A DNA stretch of 64,000 nucleotides, taken from IMG/VR virus record IMGVR_UViG_3300008262_006988; one strand, 5' to 3'. Shown piece after piece: positions 1 to 8,869 of the stretch. Each line of letters begins with the position of its first letter. Positions within the stretch are counted from its first letter, which is position 1. The translations under genes and the position numbers were made by a program. Under the pieces are notes generated by a model. The model was not told the DNA's origin. It did not search any database and saw nothing but the letters and a program-made list of their open reading frames with translations. Origin of the DNA: a virus.

Positions 1-375
1 ATTTGGTGGCCATATAAATGTAGTATCGATCATATTGAAATTATTTGATTTGTCTACGGTATATTCTACCTTTATTGCAGCTTTGCTAGAATCATTTGTT
101 ATCATACCGTTCTCGTTTAAAAAGAATGTTCTGTTTTGAGATAGTGTAAAGTTTCCAACGTATGGTAATGGTATAGGCTGATCTCTATGCTCTCTTGGAA
201 AGACATCCCATATACCAAAAATAGTTTCACAAAAATTGTTTGCTATAGTTTCGTTTTCAACCGAACGGACGGAATATAAAGCAATAGAAAGTAAACCAAA
301 AATACTTACTATAACGGAAGCAAATATTCCTATTGCCACAATTACTTCAATCAAAGAAAACGAATTCTTTTTCAC
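1..375 (-). CDS. Prepilin-type N-terminal cleavage/methylation protein (pilin/pseudopilin-like), runs off the left edge
   Basis: Not in the ORF track; manual translation from GTG at 375: MKKNS|FSLIEVIVAIGIFASVIVSILGLLSIAL...RTFFLNENG...FIWPPN; class III signal peptide with F+1, E+5 and a hydrophobic helix. Confidence 0.85.
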   Translation of the reverse strand, partial: MKKNSFSLIEVIVAIGIFASVIVSIFGLLSIALYSVRSVENETIANNFCETIFGIWDVFPREHRDQPIPLPYVGNFTLSQNRTFFLNENGMITNDSSKAAIKVEYTVDKSNNFNMIDTTFIWPPN

Positions 376-391
376 AAAGCCTAATATAGAA

Positions 392-727
392 TTATTCGTA
401 GGACAAGTCAAGCCAATTTGTATCTTCGGGCATTATTTCCATTATGACGCCATGCTCTTTAGACTTCTCAATAATATCCTCCAATACACCCCGACCGTAC
501 ATATGCGTTCCATAGTTACTTTTATAGCATTTATAAATAGAACCGGAATAACCTTCAAACAAATAACATTTATCACCTTCAGACACGTACTTTATTCCAC
601 TGTTCATTTTCCAGGAATTAGATCCTAGATAACCACCAAACCAGCAGCCAAACACTTTATATGTCAAAGGAAATTCCCCTCCTTCAATCTTAACAACTAC
701 CCATCTCTCTGGTACATATTCACTCAT
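392..727 (-). CDS. Hypothetical phage protein
   Basis: 111-aa ORF packed in a minus-strand run (PERWVVVKI...YKVFGCWFGGYL...NSGI). Confidence 0.7.
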   Translation of the reverse strand: MSEYVPERWVVVKIEGGEFPLTYKVFGCWFGGYLGSNSWKMNSGIKYVSEGDKCYLFEGYSGSIYKCYKSNYGTHMYGRGVLEDIIEKSKEHGVIMEIMPEDTNWLDLSYE

Positions 728-1107
728 TATATTAACTCCGGTGTTTCAAATTTATTGCCTATTACCTTTACTTTCCAATTATAAATTTCTTTAGAAAGAT
801 CATGTAACCATATATAAGCTAATGTTCCCTCTGTATCAGATGATTTAGCCATGACTAAGAAAGCACCATCAGCATATGATATAATTGCAGTAAACTTTTT
901 AGTATCTTTATTCGTTAGGGGTCTTTCAAATTCTATAATGTCTCCTTCGTAAATAAACTTCTCATGATTGTCTTTCATTCCTGTACACTGACACGGAACT
1001 AAAAAAGCGTCATCAAAAAGCTCTTCTACATAACCGTTGTATTTGTAATTATGTATAAAACTTTGACCAGCTTTGCAGTAGAACTTAAAGTGGTTTTTTG
1101 GACGCAT
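727..1107 (-). CDS. YopX family protein
   Basis: QCTGMKD..IYEGDII...KVIGNKFETPEL motifs typical of YopX; likely start ATG 1107. Confidence 0.8.
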   Translation of the reverse strand: MRPKNHFKFYCKAGQSFIHNYKYNGYVEELFDDAFLVPCQCTGMKDNHEKFIYEGDIIEFERPLTNKDTKKFTAIISYADGAFLVMAKSSDTEGTLAYIWLHDLSKEIYNWKVKVIGNKFETPELI

Positions 1108-1342
1108 GTTTTCTTTTAAATGTATCGAGTTCAAAGTGATACTTAGCTATTGCAAAAAGTGACTTAGTCTGCATTGCTGACCCACATTGTACGGTATATT
1201 GCTTAAGAGCCTCTATATCACCGCTTTTCGTATACTCATTATACAAACTTCGCATTCGCCTGCAATGGTTTCTTGCTTCTTTCCCGAGAAAGATTACAAA
1301 GGAACCAATTTTGTTTTCATTCCAATCGTTAAAAACTTTCAT
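1085..1342 (-). CDS. Hypothetical protein
   Basis: 85-aa ORF overlapping its neighbours. Confidence 0.55.
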   Translation of the reverse strand: MKVFNDWNENKIGSFVIFLGKEARNHCRRMRSLYNEYTKSGDIEALKQYTVQCGSAMQTKSLFAIAKYHFELDTFKRKHASKKPL

Positions 1343-1785
1343 TTGTTATCTGTCTCGATCCCTACTTGCTTTACAGTAATGGTATCAAGACCGAGTGATA
1401 TAGGCTCATTATCATTGTATGCAGGTGGAAAGGCAGTACCTAAGCTCGGTTCACAGGAGCTCATATGCATCATAGGACTAAATTCACCGAAATCAGTAGA
1501 GAGAAATGTTTCAGCAGAGTCAGTATACATTGTATCTTTTTTAATCATATCGTTATAAGTTTTATTAAATTGCGTTAGATAGTGCTCAAAATCATCATAT
1601 TCATCAAAAGCATTATAAACGTAATCAAACAACCACTCCTCACCTTCCTTGCTCATATTCAGCTCATATGCTAAGCGGTCGAAGTAAGTCTTTTGTACTT
1701 CTTCAAGCTCGTTAATAAACGTTTTTGCTTTGTAAATAGCATCTTCAGGATGCCGTCCATCTGATGTGTAATGTTCTGTTTTCAT
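1339..1785 (-). CDS. Hypothetical acidic protein
   Basis: 148-aa ORF, translationally coupled to neighbours. Confidence 0.65.
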   Translation of the reverse strand: MKTEHYTSDGRHPEDAIYKAKTFINELEEVQKTYFDRLAYELNMSKEGEEWLFDYVYNAFDEYDDFEHYLTQFNKTYNDMIKKDTMYTDSAETFLSTDFGEFSPMMHMSSCEPSLGTAFPPAYNDNEPISLGLDTITVKQVGIETDNK

Positions 1786-1976
1786 TATTTTGAATTTATA
1801 AGTCCTTGAATTTGTTCAACCGACCAATCCTTACATATTGCTACGCGAATTGTTTCGTTCTTTTGCTTTGTAGATAGGTATGATAGATAGTCACCTAACC
1901 CCATACCGATGAACATGGTAATTACGATTGTTACTATGGATAATATTATCCAATCCGGTTTATTGTTCTGATTCAT
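1785..1976 (-). CDS. Small membrane protein
   Basis: 63 aa with one hydrophobic helix. Confidence 0.55.
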   Translation of the reverse strand: MNQNNKPDWIILSIVTIVITMFIGMGLGDYLSYLSTKQKNETIRVAICKDWSVEQIQGLINSK

Positions 1977-2142
1977 AAAAGTCTAGTCTATATCTAAATA
2001 TTGTTTCGTCTACATTTACCAAATAAAGGTACCATTGCCCTTCTTCGTTTTGTGTATATACATTAACGATTTCGTATTTTGGTTTATATAGTTTAGCTAC
2101 AGGAATAATTGGCTCCACATAAACTTGATTATTTGGTTTCAT
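1960..2142 (-). CDS. Hypothetical protein
   Basis: 60-aa ORF packed in the run. Confidence 0.5.
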   Translation of the reverse strand: MKPNNQVYVEPIIPVAKLYKPKYEIVNVYTQNEEGQWYLYLVNVDETIFRYRLDFYESEQ

Positions 2143-2476
2143 GCTTTACGAGTATTAGTCTATCTTTAAATATATATCCTGTTCTACCACTTTCCGTATA
2201 TACTTTAAACCAATTACCTGATGTGCCTATTATCTCTAAATTTGTATCGTTTAAAATTCTAGCAAGCGCAGGGGATGACACATCCGGCCGTTCTCTCATA
2301 TAAACCCAGCCATCCCTATCATCTACAATTCCATACTCTCTTACTGTCTTTCGCTCTGCTACAGCTTGGTATACTTCTTTATGTACAGTGTGAAGCTTAT
2401 CGTAAACACCTACACCTGCAGTAACTAATGCTGCTACACCTGTCAAAATTGCGCCTATATATTGCCAGTTATTCAT
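2129..2476 (-). CDS. Membrane-anchored SH3b-domain protein
   Basis: N-terminal TM helix then DGWVYMRERPDVSS...GNWFKV...GRTGYIFKDRL (SH3_3-like). Confidence 0.75.
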   Translation of the reverse strand: MNNWQYIGAILTGVAALVTAGVGVYDKLHTVHKEVYQAVAERKTVREYGIVDDRDGWVYMRERPDVSSPALARILNDTNLEIIGTSGNWFKVYTESGRTGYIFKDRLILVKHETK

Positions 2477-2657
2477 TTACTGAAAAATTTGTATCTTTTA
2501 TAGTATTTTCTTTTTGCATTCTTAATAGATGTCTACCGTATCGCATTATAGCTCCCATAGCATATGCGTCAAGCTTTTCTAAACACCCATCAGCAACAAG
2601 ACCGCTTTCATAGAAAGCTACATCTTCTGCTTCTTCAAGACACAGCTTCTTGCTCAT
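2469..2657 (-). CDS. Hypothetical protein
   Basis: Likely start MSKKLCLEE at 2657. Confidence 0.45.
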   Translation of the reverse strand: MSKKLCLEEAEDVAFYESGLVADGCLEKLDAYAMGAIMRYGRHLLRMQKENTIKDTNFSVNE

Positions 2658-3117
2658 CTTTTGTTTTCCAATATTTCTCCATCTCTTCACTACAAGCCAC
2701 ATAACCGTGCTTCCTGGCTTCCTTTCTACAAAGAGTTTTAAGCCACCATCCTCTTTTACAAAGAGCACCGCTTTCGCCAGTTACCTCACAAGTATTTCTA
2801 GATTTTCTCTCTGCTTCAGAAATAATATCGTCAATGATACTATCTTGAATTTTATCTGCTCCATAAACACTTACGTAAAAGCGAAGATCACCATATTTTT
2901 CTTTAATTTGATCTGCTACTACTTGTACTTCTCTACCATCCTTGGAGCAAAGATCACAGAAGTATTGCATTTTCTCCATGCACTCATCTAGTAAATTATA
3001 CCACCCATCATCGCATTCGAATCCCCATGCCATACAGGTCGTCTTTGGATCTCCACGAAAGTCACGAAGGATTTTAGGGTATTTTTCGACTAGTTTAAGC
3101 TGTAGTTCTTCCGTCAT
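2635..3117 (-). CDS. Hypothetical phage protein (QIKEKYGDLRFY motif, C-terminal Cys cluster)
   Basis: GFECDDGW, KEKYGDLRFY, CEVTG...LC; start 3117 sits just after a promoter. Confidence 0.7.
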   Translation of the reverse strand: MTEELQLKLVEKYPKILRDFRGDPKTTCMAWGFECDDGWYNLLDECMEKMQYFCDLCSKDGREVQVVADQIKEKYGDLRFYVSVYGADKIQDSIIDDIISEAERKSRNTCEVTGESGALCKRGWWLKTLCRKEARKHGYVACSEEMEKYWKTKDEQEAVS

Positions 3118-3124
3118 AGTACCT

Positions 3125-3153
3125 ATGATAGTCTGCAAAGAGTATAAAATCAA
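3125..3153 (-). promoter_or_regulatory. Sigma70-like early promoter
   Basis: TTGATT-N17-TATCAT, 7 nt before ATG 3117. Confidence 0.6.
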
Positions 3154-3156
3154 CAA

Positions 3157-3471
3157 TTAAAAACCATCAAAATTATTTTTTACCATCTCTTCAGCTAAAT
3201 TTACTTGCCAGCAATTGTTCTTATAATCCCAATGGCGAATATCTATAATCTGAAAATAAACTTCTTTACCTAGCAAACTGAGTGCTAATCTTACCCCAGC
3301 GTGATCTTCTCGAAAACCGATTTTAAACTCTATGCTAAAAATGTGCCAGCTATCCGTAACACATTGCATTTCAAAATCTTTATGTTTTGTAAGTTTTTTA
3401 TGAAAATAAAAATATGATTTAAAAATATTTTTATCTTTCCAGAAATTTCGAATTGAAAAATTAACGTACAT
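3157..3471 (-). CDS. Hypothetical protein
   Basis: 104-aa ORF. Confidence 0.55.
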   Translation of the reverse strand: MYVNFSIRNFWKDKNIFKSYFYFHKKLTKHKDFEMQCVTDSWHIFSIEFKIGFREDHAGVRLALSLLGKEVYFQIIDIRHWDYKNNCWQVNLAEEMVKNNFDGF

Positions 3472-4183
3472 ATGTGTTATATATTTGTGTTTTTATACTG
3501 TCCCATGTCCCGAGATCAATATAGTCATCAATCTCTATTGCTCTCGCTTTATAGAGCACTGTTTCTTTGAATGATGGCTTAGTACTTGTATAAAAGTGCT
3601 GAATGGTATTAAGCGCATCATCAAATACTCTCTTTGTAAATGCAAGCCCGCCCCAATAAGCATTAAAGCGATCACCTATATCGCAAGGCTTATCATCATA
3701 ATCTACCACTTCATTACCCTTTACATATAATGCACCTCTAGTTGTTAATATAGAGGGTGAATCTTCTTTTTTATAAAGAAAGGCAAACTCTGAATTATCA
3801 AGTGTATTGCATATAGTTGTTACAATATCTATGGAAGGATTTATTTTAAGGATAGTATCCGGCAACAAAACAAGATTTTTTTCACCGAGCAAATGTTTAG
3901 TGCTCTTAATAGATCCCGGCACATCTTTTTCTTCAGGGTTAAAATAGGTAAAAGAGATATTAAACCGGTGCTTATACTTACTTAGATGTTGGATAATGTC
4001 TGTCTTGTCTTCGGTTATCGTAATAGCGAAATGCAAATCACTTCTATTATAAGCAGAGAACAAATCAAATGTATAATCGATCAAACTTTTATCTTTTTCA
4101 AAGCTATATATTTCCTTTGAATACGGTAAGCCTAATCTCTCACCTTTACCTGCGCATGGTAGGATAACAGTTAATTTACACAT
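3461..4183 (-). CDS. Sugar-phosphate nucleotidyltransferase family protein
   Basis: ILPCAGKGERLG..SKE N-terminal motif, LLPD, YIDLGTW. Confidence 0.85.
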   Translation of the reverse strand: MCKLTVILPCAGKGERLGLPYSKEIYSFEKDKSLIDYTFDLFSAYNRSDLHFAITITEDKTDIIQHLSKYKHRFNISFTYFNPEEKDVPGSIKSTKHLLGEKNLVLLPDTILKINPSIDIVTTICNTLDNSEFAFLYKKEDSPSILTTRGALYVKGNEVVDYDDKPCDIGDRFNAYWGGLAFTKRVFDDALNTIQHFYTSTKPSFKETVLYKARAIEIDDYIDLGTWDSIKTQIYNTYVR

Positions 4184-4241
4184 TTTTAAATAATATTATT
4201 ATCGAGTTTGCATAATGCAAAATATTTTATAAAATATCTTA

Positions 4242-5159
4242 ATGGTAGAGAAAAAATTAAAAAGCTTTTTTTTAAAAAGAAAGTTTTGGTCACCACAAAT
4301 GCAGGAAATTTTTCATGAATTCAAGCATTATGAAGGTATAGAGTATGCATTTTCTGGCGATATTACTGTCGATCACTTATATCATATACACAATACACCA
4401 GATAATGTTTATAGGTTGCTTACTAAAATGATACCTTCTATAATCGAAATGAGTAAAACTGAGGATCTCAATATACTCGTTTCTAATATTGATTCAAAAA
4501 ATAAGCCTCTTAAAGAGTACATGAATCTACTAGGTATTAAAAATATTCAGTATTATAATATACAGGATATAAAATATGTAAAGAATTTACAACGCCTACC
4601 ATTTAATAAATTACATGCTGGTCCAGGGTGTGCTTTGACATTAGATGTCCTTACACGATATAGAAGTCTGATTACCGGTACTACAGATTATAAGAAAATA
4701 GTTATAACACGCAATAATAATAGATCAATACCAGATAATATTATGATGTTCCTGTTAAAGAAAGGGTTTCAACCTGTGACGCTCGAAGAGATGTCGGTCC
4801 AGAATCAAATCAATCTCTTCGCTGGTATTACACATGTAGTAGGAGCACAAGGTGCAGGGTTTGCAAATTTAGTTTATTGTAACCCGGGTGTCAAATCTTT
4901 AGAATTATCTGCAGGCTTTGATTTAAAATTATATACCAATCTCGCTAATCATATAACTGATACTTTAAACGTTAAAAAAAGAATATCGCATCTACGAATT
5001 GACCGCGATGAAGTATTTACAGATCCTAGTTATACTAAAAAATATGATAAATTTACAAGAAAATGTAAATTTTACAATGCACCAATAAAGCTAAGCTACG
5101 ATAGGTTTGTAAGTGAATTTAATACCCATTTTGACGATTTATCTTCTAATGACAAATGA
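4242..5159 (+). CDS. Glycosyltransferase family 61 (DUF563-like)
   Basis: HLYH, ITR..NRSI, LEEMSVQNQINLF..VVGAQGAGFANLVYC. Confidence 0.75.
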   Translation: MVEKKLKSFFLKRKFWSPQMQEIFHEFKHYEGIEYAFSGDITVDHLYHIHNTPDNVYRLLTKMIPSIIEMSKTEDLNILVSNIDSKNKPLKEYMNLLGIKNIQYYNIQDIKYVKNLQRLPFNKLHAGPGCALTLDVLTRYRSLITGTTDYKKIVITRNNNRSIPDNIMMFLLKKGFQPVTLEEMSVQNQINLFAGITHVVGAQGAGFANLVYCNPGVKSLELSAGFDLKLYTNLANHITDTLNVKKRISHLRIDRDEVFTDPSYTKKYDKFTRKCKFYNAPIKLSYDRFVSEFNTHFDDLSSNDK

Positions 5160-5351
5160 TTTAATACGCAACAGTTCATCTTTCGGGCAAGAGCGATACT
5201 TTCCATCCCACCAATTAGTTTCAAAAGGACCGCAAACATCTATCTCTGCTGTAGATGACACAGTATCATAATCACCTTCATACCCATCTACAAGTATAAG
5301 CGTCTCAGGATCTAGCTGTTGTAACAATTCTATTAACTCTTTTGCTTTCAT
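5139..5351 (-). CDS. Hypothetical phage protein
   Basis: MKAKELIELLQQLDPE..VDGYEG. Confidence 0.6.
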   Translation of the reverse strand: MKAKELIELLQQLDPETLILVDGYEGDYDTVSSTAEIDVCGPFETNWWDGKYRSCPKDELLRIKSFVIRR

Positions 5352-5635
5352 TTCTTCTTTTTCTTTTTCGGTGTTTCTTTTTTAATACCTAATGTCTTAT
5401 CCATCAACATCTCTACATCATCTATAGTAACACCCATACAGCCTGTAATACCGATTATATGATCTATTACTTCTTTATAGAGATCATACACAAAAGCATC
5501 ATCTTCTATATACCTTTTAAATTCTGCAGAATCGACAAGAGAGCGAAGAGCTTTTGAGTGTTTATGAATTTGCCCAATATGCGTTGTGAAGATATCAATC
5601 AACTGGTTACCGGTAGATGGTTTATGTTCTTTCAT
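5348..5635 (-). CDS. Hypothetical protein
   Basis: 95-aa ORF with Lys-rich tail. Confidence 0.55.
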   Translation of the reverse strand: MKEHKPSTGNQLIDIFTTHIGQIHKHSKALRSLVDSAEFKRYIEDDAFVYDLYKEVIDHIIGITGCMGVTIDDVEMLMDKTLGIKKETPKKKKKK

Positions 5636-5674
5636 TATGATAGTAATTATGGCTTATATAGTATAAATAATTAT

Positions 5675-5782
5675 ATGGAAAAGCTAAAAGAAAAAGTTAT
5701 TGATTTAATCACAAAGTACCCGAAGCTTACAATTTTTTTAGGTGGCTTTGTTAGCGGCTATCTTTTTAGAGCGATTTTCTAA
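5675..5782 (+). CDS. Small late membrane protein
   Basis: TATAAATA (5662-5669) 5 nt before MEKLKEK...IFLGGFVSGYLFRAIF. Confidence 0.5.
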   Translation: MEKLKEKVIDLITKYPKLTIFLGGFVSGYLFRAIF

Positions 5783-6526
5783 TATTGCTTTGTAAGGTTT
5801 CTGTACAACAACATAGTATAAGGAATCCTTCTCTTCAATTTTCATACCGCTACCTCCAGGGAGCTTTTTATTCTTGAAAGCTTTCTCTACCGTATCCCAT
5901 ACACCACTCCAGTTATTGCTTTGCACCAATGATGCAATTTTTGGTTGATATCTCTTAGGAATGATAAATTCCTTTTTCGGTACCCAATATGCTTTTGTTT
6001 CTGGATCAATCACTTTCGCGTCAGGAATGTTAGATATATTAAGGACACCGTCACCGTCCACACCCATATCTCGGTAACCATCATTTCGTTCATAATGTAA
6101 AAACTCTTCTATTGCTTTTTTGATCTCCCAGGCAACAGTACCCCTCGTCATTTCTTTACACCCTACACCGAATGATGAGTTAGGATGGTCAAGATGAGGT
6201 CTAATTTTTTTATTTACCCAATCTTCACTTTCTCTTACAATCTCTCCACTTTCATCATACTCATTATTATATTGATCATAGAACCCACCGTGACCATCAT
6301 ATTCTCTCTTGGCGTTAGGAGGGAATGCGATAGACCTTATCACATTTTCTATGTATTGACCTTCTTCATAAGTAAGACTTCTATCCCAATAGACTTCATC
6401 CATAGCCATTTTAATTTGACCGGATTGAAGACGAGAATAGGTTTCAAGAGCTGAAATAAGAACTAATAGATGTTGCCGTTCAAACTCTATTTGAACTCTT
6501 TTAGATTTATTATTTTGTTTCTTCAT
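5738..6526 (-). CDS. Hypothetical protein
   Basis: Long ORF, probable start MKKQNNKSK at 6526. Confidence 0.65.
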   Translation of the reverse strand: MKKQNNKSKRVQIEFERQHLLVLISALETYSRLQSGQIKMAMDEVYWDRSLTYEEGQYIENVIRSIAFPPNAKREYDGHGGFYDQYNNEYDESGEIVRESEDWVNKKIRPHLDHPNSSFGVGCKEMTRGTVAWEIKKAIEEFLHYERNDGYRDMGVDGDGVLNISNIPDAKVIDPETKAYWVPKKEFIIPKRYQPKIASLVQSNNWSGVWDTVEKAFKNKKLPGGSGMKIEEKDSLYYVVVQKPYKAILENRSKKIAANKAT

Positions 6527-6710
6527 TGATATCAAATGTTGCGTTTTTAAAAATTTTAATCTGATCAGAACGAAAATGTAATACTCTGCCACCATTCTCA
6601 AGCGCTACAGTCCATATATCGTTCTCGAATGTACCGCTATTGCAGACATATATTGCATACCCATTACCCATAGGTGTAACGACAGGGATGGGTGATTTAA
6701 ATTCGAGCAT
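6510..6710 (-). CDS. Hypothetical phage protein
   Basis: 66 aa, PIPVVTPMGNGYAIYV. Confidence 0.6.
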   Translation of the reverse strand: MLEFKSPIPVVTPMGNGYAIYVCNSGTFENDIWTVALENGGRVLHFRSDQIKIFKNATFDINEETK

Positions 6711-6714
6711 TATA

Positions 6715-7308
6715 TTACCCGATCCTAATAAGAATCATTCTCAATTTATGAAGCAGATTTGCTACAGCATACAAGCTAATTTCAAGTTTTCTGCAAAGGA
6801 AAGACCAGCCAGTATACTTCTTTAAGCAGTATACTACTCTATACTTTACACTCTCACGCTCTTTTAACATCTCTTTGATCTGCTCATTGTTCTTTTTATG
6901 TTTATCGAACTCAACAAACTCTATCTTGTCTAGCTTACCGTACGTAAAATAAGCATTATAATCGATAAAAAAACTATAATCTTCATCATAATCTTCATAA
7001 CAATAAAACCGAACAACACCATGGTAATTTTCTTGAGGTACGAGCTCTTCTTTTTTTATGTTAACCTCTTTCCATAGATTCCATGGTTTAATATCTTTAT
7101 TTTTTCTCTCTTCTTTTGTATACGGTATATACTCTCGGTCAACTACAAACTCATATAGCTTATCATCTTCACCTATAACATACTCACTCAAACAGTTTTC
7201 AAAGCTTTTTGTTTGGTATTCTATTTCTTGCCAGTTGATATTAAGATGCTTTACTTCTTCAGGCAGAGGAAGATCTTTTTTAACTTTTAGTGTATCGTAC
7301 ATTCCCAT
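6715..7308 (-). CDS. Hypothetical phage protein (MGMYD family)
   Basis: MGMYDTL...YQTKSFENCL...YHGVVRFY. Confidence 0.65.
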   Translation of the reverse strand: MGMYDTLKVKKDLPLPEEVKHLNINWQEIEYQTKSFENCLSEYVIGEDDKLYEFVVDREYIPYTKEERKNKDIKPWNLWKEVNIKKEELVPQENYHGVVRFYCYEDYDEDYSFFIDYNAYFTYGKLDKIEFVEFDKHKKNNEQIKEMLKERESVKYRVVYCLKKYTGWSFLCRKLEISLYAVANLLHKLRMILIRIG

Positions 7309-7312
7309 AGTA

Positions 7313-7576
7313 TTATATATCTGTTAGTTGATTTATTGCTCTACCAAGAGCAATTTGATTACCCATCTTTCGGTTCCATGTCTCTTTTTCTGAACATCTC
7401 GCAGCACCGGTAACAGTATGACCTGTAGGTGTTGTAATGTTTATTACAGTAACACCACCCTTAGGAGCAAAGACCCGTACACTACCATCGATTCTTTGCT
7501 GATAAGCTACAGGTCGACTATGTAATACTTGAACTTTATAACCTTTCTTACGTAGTTGTGATATTGTATAGTTCAT
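7313..7576 (-). CDS. Hypothetical phage protein
   Basis: PKGGVT...ARCSEKETWNRKMGNQIALGRA; start 7576 follows TTGCAC-N16-TATTAT. Confidence 0.6.
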   Translation of the reverse strand: MNYTISQLRKKGYKVQVLHSRPVAYQQRIDGSVRVFAPKGGVTVINITTPTGHTVTGAARCSEKETWNRKMGNQIALGRAINQLTDI

Positions 7577-7695
7577 AGAATGATAATACCGAGGATTACA
7601 AAAAGTGCAACGATAAAAAAGCAAGCTACCTGCTTTGGATAAAAAATGTATATACCGGTGAGGAAGTCGATAATCGTATTAATAAGTTTCATATG

Positions 7696-8175
7696 TTAAA
7701 GGAATTTTAAACGTTGCCCTGCTGCTAATTTATTAACATCACTGATGTTATTGAGTTTTTGTAGCTTGATAGGATTGAGTCTATACTTTCTAACAATACT
7801 ATAGAAAGTATCTCCTGGCATAACAGTATACTCTTTTACAAGAGTATTGACTTTTTTAACTTGTGGCTGTTTCGCATGAGGCCAATCACTACCAGGCGTT
7901 TGCTTAGGGGTTGCTACCGGTACAGGGGTAGGTGCAGGAGTCGGAGAGGGTACAGGCGTTGCTTCCGGTACACCTACATACACAGGAGCCGGCTCTTCAA
8001 GTAACTTTTTATCCTCTTCAATCTGCTTTTTATTTTCTTTCACCTTTGCATTGATTACTGGTGATGCCGCAAAACCTACACCGATAATTGCATGAATTGC
8101 AAATACGATCCAAAAAGCTGTTCTAAAGCTAATAGATGTAGGTTTAAGTTCTTCGGGAATTTCAGGTTTTTTCAT
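7696..8175 (-). CDS. Membrane-anchored LysM protein
   Basis: N-terminal TM, Pro/Thr linker, C-terminal LysM YTVMPGDTFYSIVRKY..LQKLNNI..LAAGQRL. Confidence 0.85.
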   Translation of the reverse strand: MKKPEIPEELKPTSISFRTAFWIVFAIHAIIGVGFAASPVINAKVKENKKQIEEDKKLLEEPAPVYVGVPEATPVPSPTPAPTPVPVATPKQTPGSDWPHAKQPQVKKVNTLVKEYTVMPGDTFYSIVRKYRLNPIKLQKLNNISDVNKLAAGQRLKFL

Positions 8176-8176
8176 A

Positions 8177-8458
8177 TCAATTAGCGTAATATGCTGCTTG
8201 CATTTTCTTATAGATTTTTCTTGTAATCTCTTTACCGAGATCTGTCACAGTTGGCTCATCACTATCTACAACATACACAGGGCGCGCTACAACTACAGGT
8301 CGCATAACCGGAACAGCAGCGTGGGTAGGTTGTGGTACCATTACTGGCCTATATTCACCAACACTATAATAGTTAATGGTGTGTTTTACCTTGCTGCCTG
8401 TTGTGCAGCCCGTCAATGAAAGCAACGTCACTGCTGTTGCTATTTTTATTACTTTCAT
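8177..8458 (-). CDS. Putative lipoprotein
   Basis: Signal peptide with lipobox LTG-C. Confidence 0.6.
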   Translation of the reverse strand: MKVIKIATAVTLLSLTGCTTGSKVKHTINYYSVGEYRPVMVPQPTHAAVPVMRPVVVARPVYVVDSDEPTVTDLGKEITRKIYKKMQAAYYAN

Positions 8459-8514
8459 AATATTGAAGAATAGTTGAATTCATTGTCACCTGCAAGCCTT
8501 TTTTTGTAAAAAAG

Positions 8515-8587
8515 CTACGGAGATAGGACTCGAACCTATAACCCTCAGATCCAAATTCTGATGCACTACCAATTGTGCTACTCCGTA
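8515..8587 (-). tRNA. tRNA-Gln(UUG)
   Basis: Cloverleaf TACGGAG/CTCCGTA, G73, anticodon arm TCAGA-ATTTGGA-TCTGA, T-loop TTCGAGT; no encoded CCA. Confidence 0.85.
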
Positions 8588-8593
8588 TCAAAG

Positions 8594-8668
8594 TGGCACT
8601 CCCAAGGGGATTTGAACCCCTACTACCACCGTGAAAGGGTGGTGTGCTAACCATTACACTATGGGAGC
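8594..8668 (-). tRNA. tRNA-Glu(UUC)
   Basis: GCTCCCA...CCACC-CTTTCAC-GGTGG...TGGGAGTGCCA. Confidence 0.92.
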
Positions 8669-8674
8669 GTGTCA

Positions 8675-8869
8675 TTATTTATTACGATTATCGTATTTAT
8701 AGAATTGATGGTAGTGTGTATCAAAATAATCACCGACGTCAAATCTATTCCATATATCTTTGTCAACGAAATATTCAGTTATACCTTCATCCTCATCTTC
8801 CATATAGAAAGAATAGCGCGTAAAAAACCAAAATCCCCATTTATCTTTGTGTATAATTTTCATAGGCAT
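8675..8869 (-). CDS. Hypothetical protein
   Basis: 64-aa ORF overlapping the ligase stop. Confidence 0.5.
   Translation of the reverse strand: MPMKIIHKDKWGFWFFTRYSFYMEDEDEGITEYFVDKDIWNRFDVGDYFDTHYHQFYKYDNRNK

Noticed and set aside
8373-8675. ORFs overlapping RNA genes (also 13540..13830, and the 5' extensions at 24316, 41387, 42818)
   Set aside because: They are translations of tRNA or tmRNA sequence; true starts lie downstream.
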